A DNA stretch of 62,801 nt, counting the filler, from Phoronis australis (lineage: Eukaryota > Animalia > Phoronida): NCBI GenBank assembly GCA_002633005.1. It is 6 parts of 6 records of this genome, joined end to end, with 100 filler letters (N's around TTAATTAATTAA, not from the genome) between each part and the next. Parts side by side here need not be neighbours in the genome. Positions count along the whole stretch, not along the records: positions 28,160 to 50,015 come from NMRA01001058.1; positions 50,116 to 56,230 come from NMRA01002222.1; 4 more parts are not named here. The stretch is one strand, 5' to 3'. The translations under genes were made by a program, and so were the position numbers. Shown here one piece after another: positions 40,885-52,767 of the stretch (position 1 is its first letter; each line of letters starts with the position of its first letter). The notes under the pieces are model-generated. The model was not told the origin of the DNA, made no database searches, and saw nothing but the letters and a program-made list of their open reading frames with translations.

Positions 40885-41070
40885 CCGTGCAGTTGTTGAC
40901 CTGTTTAGACCAAGTTTCTTGCTCGACACAAGTAGCAGTGACCGTGATGTTGTGATCGGGCAGCTCGTAACCATCTTCACATGTGAACGTTACTGATGTG
41001 TTCACGTTGACAGTGGTGTTCTCTGTGATTCTGGCGCTGAACTCCGGTATTGGAACTGTGCAAGTCATCA
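40885..41070 (-). CDS. Sushi exon type A (A5)
   Basis: 186 bp, AG/GT, intact. Confidence 0.85.
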
Positions 41071-42583
41071 CTGAAAAATGAATGCAAGTCAAGTAATACG
41101 ATACGGAATTAAAATGTCATTTTCAACTACACACATGATCAACGTATATCTGTAGAAGCAGCAATGAGGCTTCTAATTTTACATGAAAGTTCATTATGCT
41201 GTGTTTATGATGATGTTTGCTGACGACCGGACAGGCATGCAAGCAGGGATCTCTGAGCTAAGAAACACCCACGTAAGAATGCCTATGTAGTTCTATCCGA
41301 AACTATTCTGAACTTAAAAATGCTCAAGTATTTTGCATATAGGTGTCTGCAAAGCACAGCTGACACCCCTTGGAATATATCCAACACTTAAATTCAGTAT
41401 ATTCCGTTTGTTTTTCGAACTATGGCTTTCACTTTGAGGCCACATAAGGTAAAAATATCAGAAACACAAACGAAATTAAACCTGACTTTATCTTAACCGA
41501 ACTTGAGAGCGTAAATGTATTTAAAAAATGTTGCCGTTATCAATCAGAGACGTTGAGGTAAATCGCCATTTTTACACTGTGCACGCCAGGGAATATGACG
41601 TCATACCAATACGGAGCGCAGTGTTAAAATGGCGAGTTAATGATTTTGGGAATTGAACGAAGGACTGCTCTAAGAACAAGTTTGAAAGCCGCGGTATTTT
41701 TGGAGTTGGAATGTATTAAATACACTGACGGTCCCTAAGGTGTCAGTCTGTGCTCAACAGGTATTTATAACAACGTGACTTTGATGTTTTAGTGAGTGTG
41801 AGTCATAATTTGCCGAAAAGCTTCCGGCGTATGAAGCTCCTATAGGAGCTCCACCGTCGCTACTGGGCCAGCATGAGACGGTGATCACCGTGTAGAGGTA
41901 ATGTGCGTTCATCTGAACTCTGCCAATAAAAGTGAGTTCATCATCATCAGACCTGTTGTCGGAATTTTTGAATGACGGAGGCTTTTGTCAGGCTAACAAA
42001 CATCTCACTCATCCCATCAATTTTTATACACTTTTTTATCCAGTCGGTGGTACAACAAAGCGAAAATTAAGAAATAAAAACGGCTAAGCTTTGGTTTACC
42101 CATGGTATAATTTCAATTACTGGTGACATTTTACTTGATCATATACATTGGCCTCTCATACGGTGGATATTACGCATGCAGCATTTTAAGGTAGTTACCT
42201 GCTTTCATAGCAACTGGTCAGATTTCGACGAACGGATTTTAAAGACTAATATGCTGCTGATATAATCTCATATTTTTCTTACAGAAAACGATATACGCAA
42301 GGAAACAATACACGAATATCTGTAGTCACAGAGTGGTGATTTTTACTGAAATTGTAATTCTTTATAGAAATTGACGCAATTTGCACGCGTACACCTTAGT
42401 AAACCTCAATTGTTGATTTTGTTAATGCATTTGATTATCTACAATGGCATGGATGTAAGTTTGTTTTAAAGACGTTTGGGCTAGTACTTAAAACTGCAGC
42501 TGCTTTGACATAATTAAACAACAGGCTATCCTGCTTTGTTGTCCATAGGCTGACACATCACAGAAAAAACGAAAGAACTGATC

Positions 42584-42793
42584 ACCACATGATGTAACAT
42601 GATCACTCCAGTTTTCATGGCCGACACAAGACATGGTTCATTCCCTAGATTTGCCGAAAACTGGAATTTAGTTTGACATGTAAAATTTAGAGCAATACTA
42701 TAGGGCCATATAGGTGGTCTGTGTTCAAATCGACGTTATTACCATCATTGTTATTAGTAATGAACTTCGGTGCTGGAACTGTGCATGTCATGA
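42584..42793 (-). pseudogene. Chimeric Sushi pseudoexon D2
   Basis: Same A/C fusion junction (gtgttca..../ataggtggtct) as D1, ~10.06 kb away. Confidence 0.7.
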
Positions 42794-43109
42794 CTGAAAA
42801 ATGAGTGCGAGTCAAGTGATACCATGGGGATTTAAAACGCCATTATCAATAGGACCCATAGGTTGCGGTCAAATGTAGAAAACTGTATTGACGTACACAT
42901 GACTGGTATTAATTAGGTGATTATTGAAGAGCGCTGTATAACGACATTGAATGTTACTAAAGGTGTTCGGGGGTTTACCGACTACCGGACAAGCACACAA
43001 GTAATGAAATGTAACTTTAAATGAACCTAATGATTAGGCATATATTACGTAAATGCATGAAATTATAGGTGAAATAATGTGTTACTTGAAAAATGCTCAC
43101 ATGTTGTTC

Positions 43110-43428
43110 CTTTATTTGTGAGATGGTATTTAGTACATCCGGGTACGCGTCAACAGTGTGGCATGTTGACTGACTCGTAAACAAAAGCAAACGACGACCT
43201 GACTTATGACAACTCAGGTAGACCAATGACTGACTCGACAGCCCTAATAGTTAGATTATATGAAAAGAAATAGTCGTGAAGTTCTTGCCTCCCAAAACGT
43301 TGCTTCCGGAGTAGAGAACGAATAATTAATTAAATTACAAAAGATGTAATTAAGTGAAAAATATGTCTTGGATAACCAACAAACATTATTTGTGCTAAAA
43401 ATGACATGCAAAAAGGTTGCCTTCGCCT
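43110..43428. mobile_element. Solo arm of the 5902-7222 element
   Basis: gtgagatggtatttagtacatcc...aaaggttgccttcgcct. Confidence 0.75.
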
Positions 43429-44375
43429 TAAAATGTATCTACTGATCAAGCATATATGTAAGCGCATGTAATTATATGTGAAATAATGTGTTCCTTGAAA
43501 AATGCTCACAGGGTTTGAATTTTCATGTAAGTTGCTGCAATTAAGCTCACCTGTATATACAGTTGGCAATCCTTTGAAAATACTCTTGTCTTAAAATTGG
43601 TAAATTTCTTGTGTTGTTAATTCGTTGGTTCTTTTAATTCTTCAATTTGTTTAAAAATTTAGAACAAGTCGACGTCAACCACCATATAGTTAACAAATCA
43701 AGTTTGACTACCTCATTAATTTGAAGCGGTGTTCGTCGACTTCACAAATGTTTTTCACACATAGGTGAAGGCAAATATTTTGGGATGTATAAGCAACATG
43801 TCCTATTTGCACATAGGTGCAAATAAACGCATATCATGTTGATATGATGATTCAAAAGTTGCCCAATTGGATTCTATTTTGTGTACAAAACTGTTCGTGG
43901 AACATTTTCGTACTTTTTAAAAAATGCCAAAAAGCAAGAAATGTTTACTGAGGGATTTGCGTTGTTTGATGACACTTAAGACAAATTCATCCTAATGAGC
44001 ACTGCCGATAAAGATGAGTTCGTCATCATCGCAAATCAATTTTCAAAACCTTTGAATGTCGTCGTTGTTTCTATGGCTGACAAACATCGCACACTCATCA
44101 TAAAAATACGGTAAGCATCAGGAACTACTTAACAAATATTTGTAGTCATTTTTTATAAAAATCGCTGCAATTTTCACGCTTGCACGTTTGTACACCTGAA
44201 TTGCTGATTTTTTATCCATTTGATTACCTACAATGACGTCCCTCTACTAAGTTGTGTTTTAAGGACTTTTAGTCAAATTCCTGAATAATGCACCAGGAGG
44301 GACATAATCAAACACTAGACGAGATTGTTTTATCTCTTCCTTCATCCACATCACAGAAAAAATGGAAGAACTGAC

Positions 44376-44561
44376 CTTCACAAGAAGATACATGATCACT
44401 CCACTTTTCATGGCCGTCACAATATGTGATTCGTTCCCTGGATTTGTCCGGAAAATGGAATTTCGGCTGACACGTAAAATTTACTGCAGTCCCGTAAGGC
44501 ACGGTAGGCGATGATACATTATTAGCAGCATTTTGGACTGAAGGGACAGTGCACTTGGTGA
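44376..44561 (-). CDS. Sushi exon type B (B3)
   Basis: 186 bp, AG/GT, intact. Confidence 0.85.
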
Positions 44562-45447
44562 CTGAAAGGAGAATAAGCAAAGAAAAATCGCAGTCAGTGT
44601 ACCAAATGGTGTACACAGTGAATTTTTACTCTGAGAACATCGGTTGTGCATAGTTTGAAATTCCTCTATTTGTTATGATAATATTAGTATTTTCAGGGTG
44701 GCATCGAAACGATCGCAAGGAAAACGTGACCATGAGTGAATTGATGTACAGAGTCTCAAATACGCGGTGTTTGTATTTGAACTGCCTACATGTATGTGGT
44801 AAATACAATTTACTTTGCTAAATAATGTAGATGGGTGACAGGGACTTCTCGTTTGTTAAAGGGCTATCTCAATTGGCCTAAACGACCAAATGCAAACAAA
44901 AAATCGTAATCTTCAGTTGGTATTCATATTTTTTCGTGGAGATTTACTATGTTCGGCCCTGGGGCTAAAGGTATTGCTTTGGTCAGTACCATCAGTTTTG
45001 TTCGGCTGGTCTGCATTTTGCCTGACAGTGTTAAAATCCGAAAACTATGGGTATAATTCAAATACTCTGCATGCCTCAAGTGACCCGGACTCAGTAACTA
45101 CAGTGCGTCAATCGAAATTTCTAAGCACAAATGACGCAGGAAGTCGTCCTAAAATTATTGCCGCATACATGATAAAATTGCACCTAGTTTCGAATTTGGT
45201 ATAAAATTGTAAAATAATTAAATAATGGTATTGGAGATATTAACGGCACTTTGCAGTGCAGGGAGCATGAAATCGTTCGAAGCGTCATAGAGTCAGTCTT
45301 GCGGTGTACGAAGCTCAGGGCTTATAAGGACGAAATAACTTTCTGAATTAAAACATTGGAAAATTGAACACTCGTGAAAATCTTTTGGTTATCCCAACGG
45401 TTAACAATGGCGATTTGTTAATATATTGATTTTCCCAAACAACTAAC

Positions 45448-45633
45448 CTGTGCAGTTGTTGACCTGTTTAGACCAAGTTTCTTGCTCGACACAAGTAGCA
45501 GAGACCGTGATATTGTGATCGGGCAGCTCGTAACCATCTTCACATGTAAAAGTTATTGATGTGTTCACGTTGACAGTGGTGTTCTCTGTGCTTCTGGTGC
45601 TGAATTCCGGTATTGGAACTGTGCAAGTCATCA
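45448..45633 (-). CDS. Sushi exon type A (A6)
   Basis: 186 bp, AG/GT, intact. Confidence 0.85.
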
Positions 45634-48134
45634 CTGAAAAATGATTGCGAATCAAGTAATACGATACGGAAATAAAATGTAATTTTCAACTACACACATG
45701 TTTTTCTGTAGAAGCAGCGATAGGGCTTCTTATTTTACATGAAAGTTCATTATACTGTGTTTATGATGATGTTTGCTGACGACCGGACAGGCATGCAAGC
45801 AGGGATCTCTGAGCTAACAAACACCCACGTAAGAATGCATATGTAGTTCTAGCCGAAACTATTCTGAACTAAAAAAATACTCAAGTATTTTGCGTATAGG
45901 TGTCTGCAAAGCACAGCTGGCACCACTTTGAATATATCCAACACTTAAATTCAGTTTGTTTTTCGAACTATGGCTTTCACTTTGAGGTCAAATAAGGTAA
46001 AAATATCAGAAACACAAACGAAATTAAACCTGACTTTATCTTAACCGAACTTGAGAGCGTAAATGTATTTAAAAATTTTTGCCATTATCAATCAGCGACG
46101 TTGAGTTAAATCGCCATTTTTACACTGTGCACGCCAGGGAATACGCCGTCATAACCCCTACGGAGCCCAGTGTTGAAATGGCGAGTTAATGATTTTGGGA
46201 ATTGAAGTGACTTTGATGTTTTAGTGAGTGTGAGTCATAATTCTCTACTGGGCCAGCATGAGACGGTGATCACGTGTAGAGGTAATGTGCGTTCATCTGA
46301 ACTCTGCCAATAAAAGTGAGTTCATCATCATCACACCTGTTGTCGGAATTTTTGAATGACGGAGGCTTTTGTCAGGCTGACAAACATCTCACACTCATCC
46401 CAGCAATTGTTATCCACTTTTTCAGCCAGTCGGTTATACAACAAAGCGAACATTAAATCGTTAGGAAATCAAAACGGCTATTAGCTACGGTTTACCTATG
46501 GTATAATTTCAATTACTGGTGACATTTTAGTTGATCATATACATTGGCCTCTCATACGGTGGATAGTACGCATGCAGCATTTCAAGGTAGTTACCTGCCT
46601 TCATTACATCTGGTCAGATTTCGTTGAATGAATTTTAAAGACTAAATTGCTGCTCATATAATCTCATATTTTTCTTAACCACACATGTGATAAACGGATA
46701 GATGAAGTAGAAGCGATGGGGCTTCTAGTTTTACATGAAATTTCATTATACTGTGTTTATGATGACGTTTGCTGACGACCGGACAGGCATGCAGGCAGGG
46801 ATCTATGAGCTAACAAACACGCACGTAAGAAGGCCTATGTAGTTCTATCCGAAACTACTTTGAACTTGAAAAATGCTCAAGTGTTTTGCATATAGGTGTT
46901 TGCAAAGCAAAGACTGGACCCCTTTGAGTACATCCAACACTTAAATTCAATGTATTTCATTTGTTTTTAGAACTATGGCTTTCACTTTGAGGCCAAATAA
47001 GGTAAAAATATTAGAAACACAAATGAAATTAAACATGACTTAATCTTACCCGAACTTGAGAGCGGAAATGTATTTACAAAAAATTGCCGTTATCAATCAG
47101 AGACGTTGAGGTAACTCGCCATTTTTACACTGTACACGCCAAGGAATACGACGTCATACCCCCTGCGGCGCGCAGTGTTAAAAAGCGAGTTAACGATTTT
47201 GGGAATTGAATGCAGGACTGCTCTAAGAATAAGTTTGAAAGCAGCAGTATTTTTTGGAGTTGGAACGTATTAAATACACTGACGGTCCCTAAGGTGTCAG
47301 TCTGTGCTCAACAGGTATTTATATCAACGTGACTTTGATGTTTTAGTGTGTGTGAGTCATAATTTGCCGAAAAGCTTCCGGTGTATGAAGCTCCACTGTC
47401 TCTACTGGGCCAGCATGAGACAGTGATGACTGTGTAGAGGTAATGTGCGTTCATCTGAACTCTGCCAATAAAAGTGAGTTCATCATCATCACACCTGTTG
47501 TCGGAATTTTAAATGACAGAGGCTTTTGTCAGACTGACAAACATCTTACACTCATCCCAGCAATTGTTATCCACTTTTTTCAGCCAGTCGGTTATACAAC
47601 AAAGCGAGAATTAAATCTTTAAGAAATCAGAATGGCTAAGCTTTGGTTTACCTATGGTATAATTTCAATTACTGGTGACATTTTAGTTGACCATATACAT
47701 TGGCCTCTCATATGGTGGATAGTATGCATGCAGCATTTCAAGGTAGTTACCTGCCTTCATAACAACTGGTCAGATTTCGTCGAACGGATTTTAAAGACTA
47801 ATATGCTGCTCATATAATCTCATATTTTTCTTAAAGAAAACGGTATACACAAGGAAACAATACACGAATATCTGCAGTCACAGAGTGGTGATTTTTCCTG
47901 AAAATGTAAGTCTTTATAGAAATTGAGGCAATTTGCACGCGTACACGTTAGTAAACCTCAATTATTGTTTTTGTTAATGCATTTGATTATCTACAATGGC
48001 ATGGATGTAAGTTTATTTTAAAGACTTTTGGGCTACTTCTTAAAACTGCAGCTGCATAGACATAATTAAACAACAGGCTATCGCACATTTTGTCTAAAGG
48101 CTGGCACATCAAATAAAAAACGAAAGAACTGATC

Positions 48135-48319
48135 CCCACAAGATGTAAAATGATCACTCCAGTTTTCATGGCCGACACAAGACATGGTTCATTCCCTAGA
48201 TTTTGCCGGAAACTGGAATTTCGTTGGACATGCAAAAGGTACAGCAATACTGTTGGGCCATTTAGGTGACGACAAATTGATAACATCATTGTGGACTGTA
48301 GGATCAATGTACTTGGTTA
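48135..48319 (-). pseudogene. Decayed B-like Sushi pseudoexon C2
   Basis: Cys1 changed to Tyr; ...FQFPAKSRE* (TGA where B has CGA); donor lost. Confidence 0.75.
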
Positions 48320-49195
48320 CTGAAAGGACAATAATGAATGGTATATTGAGGCCAATGTCCGAATAGGTCTTGAAGAATTTGAAAGTCCTCTGTTTGTTAC
48401 CATATTTTTATTTATTGCAATAATGCAACGAAATGATCACAAGGAAATCGTGACCAAATGTAATTTGACCTACAAAAGATCAATTGTACTTTCTACTTTG
48501 GACAGTGTATGGAGAAAAAAAAATGATCTATACTTAAATAGATGGGGGAGGGCTTCTTGTTTCTAACACAGCGATTTCAGTTTGTCAAAATTACCAAATG
48601 CAAACATCGTAAGCTACTGCTGGGTTTGAAATACATTCGTGCACATTTACTGTGCTTGGCCCTAGACTTAGAGATGTTATGTTGGTCAGTACACGAGATT
48701 TGATCAGCTGCTTTGCATTTTCTCTGTGTTTAAATCTGAAAACGAAGGGTATTATTCAAGACAAAACAAGTGGTAATTGCACCGTACTCTGCAGGCGTCA
48801 CGAGACCCGACCTCAGCAATATTACAGTGCTTCAAAAGAAATATCTATGGACCAATGACGAAGGAAGCAGTCCTGAAATTATTACCGTAAATCCATGAGA
48901 AAATTACACACCATTTTGAATTTGATACGGAATTGCAAAGCAATTGGATTATGTACATGTTGGACATAAAGAACTTTTGCATTGTGGGAATCACGAAAGT
49001 GTTAGACTTAATTTCTAGTTCTGGTCTGTAGGAAGATCAGGGTTCTACAGAGACAAACAGAGTACTCTTAGAATCACGATCATTGGAAAATTGAACATTT
49101 TAGTGAGAAACTATCGATTATCCAGCCGCTCAACAATGAAAACTGAAAGAATATTGTTCGTTAAGGTTTCATAAGAGACAAAGGCAGGAAATCTC

Positions 49196-49225
49196 ACTCC
49201 GGTATTGGAACTGTGCATGTCATCA
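49196..49225 (-). pseudogene. 30-bp 5' stub of a type A Sushi exon
   Basis: ttttcag|TGATGACATGCACAGTTCCAATACCGGAGT, then an abrupt switch to intron sequence. Confidence 0.7.
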
Positions 49226-50015
49226 CTGAAAAATGAGTGCTAGTCAAGTAATACGACACGGCATTAAAATGTCATTATCAAACACATACATGATAAACGT
49301 ATAGCTGAAGAAGCAGCGATGGGGCTTCTAATTTTACATGAAATTTCATTATACTGTGTTTATGATGACGTTTGCTGACAACCGGACAGGCATGCAGGCA
49401 GGGATCTCTGAGCTAACAAACACGCACGTAAGAAGGCATATGTAGTTCTATTCGAAACTACTCTGAACTTGAAAAATGCTCAAGTGTTTTGCATATAGGT
49501 GTTTGCAAAGCACAGCTGGCACCCCTTGGAATATACCCAACACTTAAATTCAGTATATTCCGTTTGTTTTTCGAACTATGGCTTTCACTTTGAGGCCACA
49601 TAAGGTAAAAATATCAGAAACACAAACGAAATTAAACCTGACTTTATCTTAACCGAACTTGAGAGCGTAAATGTATTTTAAGGAATTTGCCGTTATCAAT
49701 CAGAGACGTTGAGGTAAATCGCCATTTTTACACTGTGCACGCCAGGGAATATGACGTCATACCCCTTACGGGGCGCAGTGTTAAAATGGCGAGTTAATGA
49801 TTTTGGGAATTGAACGAAGGACTGCTCTAAGAACAAGTTTGAAAGCAGCGGTATTTTTGGAGTTGGAATGTATTAAATACACTGACGGTCCCTAAGGTGT
49901 CAGTCTGTGCTCAACAGGTATTTATAACAACGTGACTTTGATGTTTTAGTGAGTGTGAGTCATAATTTGCCGAAAAGCTTCCGGCGTATGAAGCTCCTAT
50001 AGGAGCTCCACCGTC

Positions 50016-50115
50016 NNNNNNNNNNNNNNNNNNNNNNNNNNNNNNNNNNNNNNNNNNNNTTAATTAATTAANNNNNNNNNNNNNNNNNNNNNNNNNNNNN
50101 NNNNNNNNNNNNNNN
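50016..50115. other. Artificial contig spacer
   Basis: 44 N + TTAATTAATTAA + 44 N. Confidence 0.97.
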
Positions 50116-50870
50116 CATAGCGTGATGGAGGAAATACGATGCCTTGATACAGACTTGCATTAACCTCGTTGATATAAACTTGGCGGTTATTCAATAACAA
50201 ATGTGACATCAAAATCCAGATGAAACGAAAAGGTTTAGAATGTCTACATATTCCGTGACGTGCTCGCAGAGCAGCACACGACTGCGATATGAAAGAAGGC
50301 GAGCTCGAAATTCAATGAAGTCTAATGGGAACTTTGAGAATTGCAAAACAAAATTTGAAACGGTCGCCCGCATCAGTTTCACTGAAGGTTTCGTGTTATG
50401 TTTTGAAAGGCTGCACAAAGGCACGTAGACAAGGTTTGAAACAATCCCACGTCATATTTGCACGTCTATTTAAGCATAGAATATAATCTATGATTTAAGG
50501 AAATCACTTTTCCCAATAGCTTATCGGTGCTCACTATTGAAAATATTTTTGAGAAAACGGAGTTATTCGTCCGCATAACAGTGGTGGTAAACTGGGGGCA
50601 GTTAATTGACTACTGGTGGTATAGTGACGATAGATCATTTCAGAGGGCGTCAGGGCTGAAGCTACGTGAGAAATCTATCACGTGAACTGCGCTTGTCTAA
50701 CTTATGGCTTACATTGCTACAATTGTGCTTCAGCGGTCAGGTAGTGACTTACGATCTGAAACTTTTTGAGCAACTCTCCACGCCGGACGCTATCTAAGCG
50801 GCCTCTCACCGCCATCGTTCACAATAGATGACATTTTCGTCCGATAACAGAAAACAAGCGGACAATTGAA

Positions 50871-51178
50871 ATGGAATCATATTATTTCATTAAGATTCTA
50901 CTCCTTCTAGTTTTGCGCGGGCAAGATGTGTTTGGTGTCCTGAGCTCGCAACAGCTTCAAGACATTGATGGAGCGGTTTCGCAGCTGATGAGGTGTCGTG
51001 ATGTACCCGGGATGGGAGTGGCGGTTGTTATGGACGGCCAGACTGTCGTTCAGAAGGGGTACGGTCTCGCTGACGTCGAAAATAATGTACCGTTCACGGA
51101 CAAGACCTTGTTTGCAATAGCATCTGTCTCCAAACAGATGTCGGCAACTTTACTCGCCTTGTTGATGAACGAGAAAGG
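50871..51178 (+). CDS. Secreted serine beta-lactamase / D-Ala-peptidase-family protein, exon 1
   Basis: Hydrophobic signal peptide, then VPGMGVAVV...KGYGLAD...TLFAIASVSK (F.IASxSK catalytic SxxK). GG|gtaaat donor. Confidence 0.88.
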
Positions 51179-51359
51179 GTAAATATACGAAATAACCTTC
51201 AGATTAGCTTCAGCTTTACTTTCCAGTAGTTGGTGAGTAGAAAGCCCACCGTATTCACAAATATCACTCCTTGAAACCGTGCTGTCCATAAAAGGCGCTC
51301 GAGGTCGCGATACTTTAATTGACAGCGATTGATCACGCTGTTTTTTCTGGTAGCAGATC

Positions 51360-51678
51360 TAGCGGGTTGTCACGAGGGGGTTAACGACAATTTTTAAATT
51401 AAATTTTTTTGCCTGCACTCTTACGCCCGCTAAATGCATCCACCAGCCTTGAAAACGGGGGCTCGAATTTCTGTCGATGTGGACCCTTTGCTGACAAGAC
51501 ATTGGTAGGACTAAAAAACGGGGCACCACCTTAAGAACTGTGCGTCTGCGTCTTTTTAGTTCACATTTGTCACGTTTTCTCCGACTTTTTGTTTCTCTGA
51601 GGCGGACCTTTTTGCTCACTTCGCCAAATGGGGGGAGGTTCGTTTGAGCCCCCCCTCCCCCCCTGGGTGCGCGCATGC
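51360..51678. mobile_element. Degenerate MITE related to 55091-55345 (opposite orientation)
   Basis: gttcgtttgagcccccc...ctgggtgcgcgcatg is the reverse-complement counterpart of gcgcgcaaccag...ggggggctcgaacgagc. Confidence 0.45.
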
Positions 51679-52673
51679 TAGCTGTTGTAGTAGTGGTAAA
51701 ATTAGAGGAAAGTAGGCGCCAAAAGCCCACCGTATCACTTTGAGCACTGAATGTAACTTACGGTGCGTAGACGCTACGTTCAAATGCCAAAAGGTGGTTG
51801 GCTGCGCCTACGCCCCACTACAGCACTGTAGCTATCGGGGTTGTATTGGGAGTACAAACGCAGGGCTTACTTTTTGGTGAAATGAAATTTTTTTAGGGTA
51901 ATAGTCACTAAATGTGTTATCTATTCGTGTAGAAAAGATCTATGTTTATGCGATGAGTTTCTGACGCCTTCCTGGGGGTGTTATTCAACACATGGATGGT
52001 GTTTAATAAGTAATTTAGTTAACTGACGCACGCTTCGATGCTTAAATGCGTGATTTATTTAAACTGACGTCCAACTGCACCTGAGGAGTTGGTTAACACA
52101 TGAACACTGTTTCATGTTCATAGCTTGAGTTCTTCTCTAAAATAATTTCATGAAAAACGCTTGGGCCGCAGTATATACACTGCTGAAATTTCTTAAGTCA
52201 CTTACATGTATAAACAGGAAGCACGCGATTGGGAGTCACCTCGTTCCCAGTCATTGCAATTCCCGTATTAAGCAATTACACCTAAATTATTCTATTTGCG
52301 CAACTGCAACTGTTGAATATGCCCCTATTTTGCAGTTGCAACGGACCTTGTGAGGCTATGTGGGCCTATCATGACGTGTAAGGCAGCTGCTAAATTGTCG
52401 CAGTGGTTAGCTCCCCGTTACAATGTTTAACGCTCTATATCTGTTATTGGACCTTAGCCATGATCCTGAATCGGCTCTCCGTGGTCATTACCACCTCTAA
52501 GATTTAATCCTTAATTTTGATCTTTAACCTTCCTTGAACATTACACCAGGACCTATTGTTTACCCGGTTTGGATACTAAGCTCCAAAATAACAAAGAACG
52601 ACATCTATGATGACCTTTTTAATTGCGATGCCCATATACTTAACAAACACGCTCTTTCAACTCAGTGAGAACG

Positions 52674-52767
52674 GAACATTTGTTCATGACGCAAAGAATG
52701 CTTTTAAGCATTCTTTGCGTCATGAACAAATGTTCAGATTTATCTCTTAAAAGAGATAAATCTGAAC
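52674..52767. repeat. Two overlapping perfect inverted repeats (30-bp and 17-bp arms, 2-nt loops)
   Basis: gaacatttgttcatgacgcaaagaatgctt-TT-aagcattctttgcgtcatgaacaaatgttc (52674-52735) and gttcagatttatctctt-AA-aagagataaatctgaac (52732-52767). Confidence 0.95.

Larger units (their letters stand above)
28160..50015 (-). repeat. Tandem exon-intron array of a multi-Sushi (CCP/SCR) gene, filling the whole contig
   Basis: 14 exon or pseudoexon copies with duplicated introns. Spacings: A2-A3 1340 bp, B1-B3 9653, A4-A6 9659, A3-A5 10068. Confidence 0.92.
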
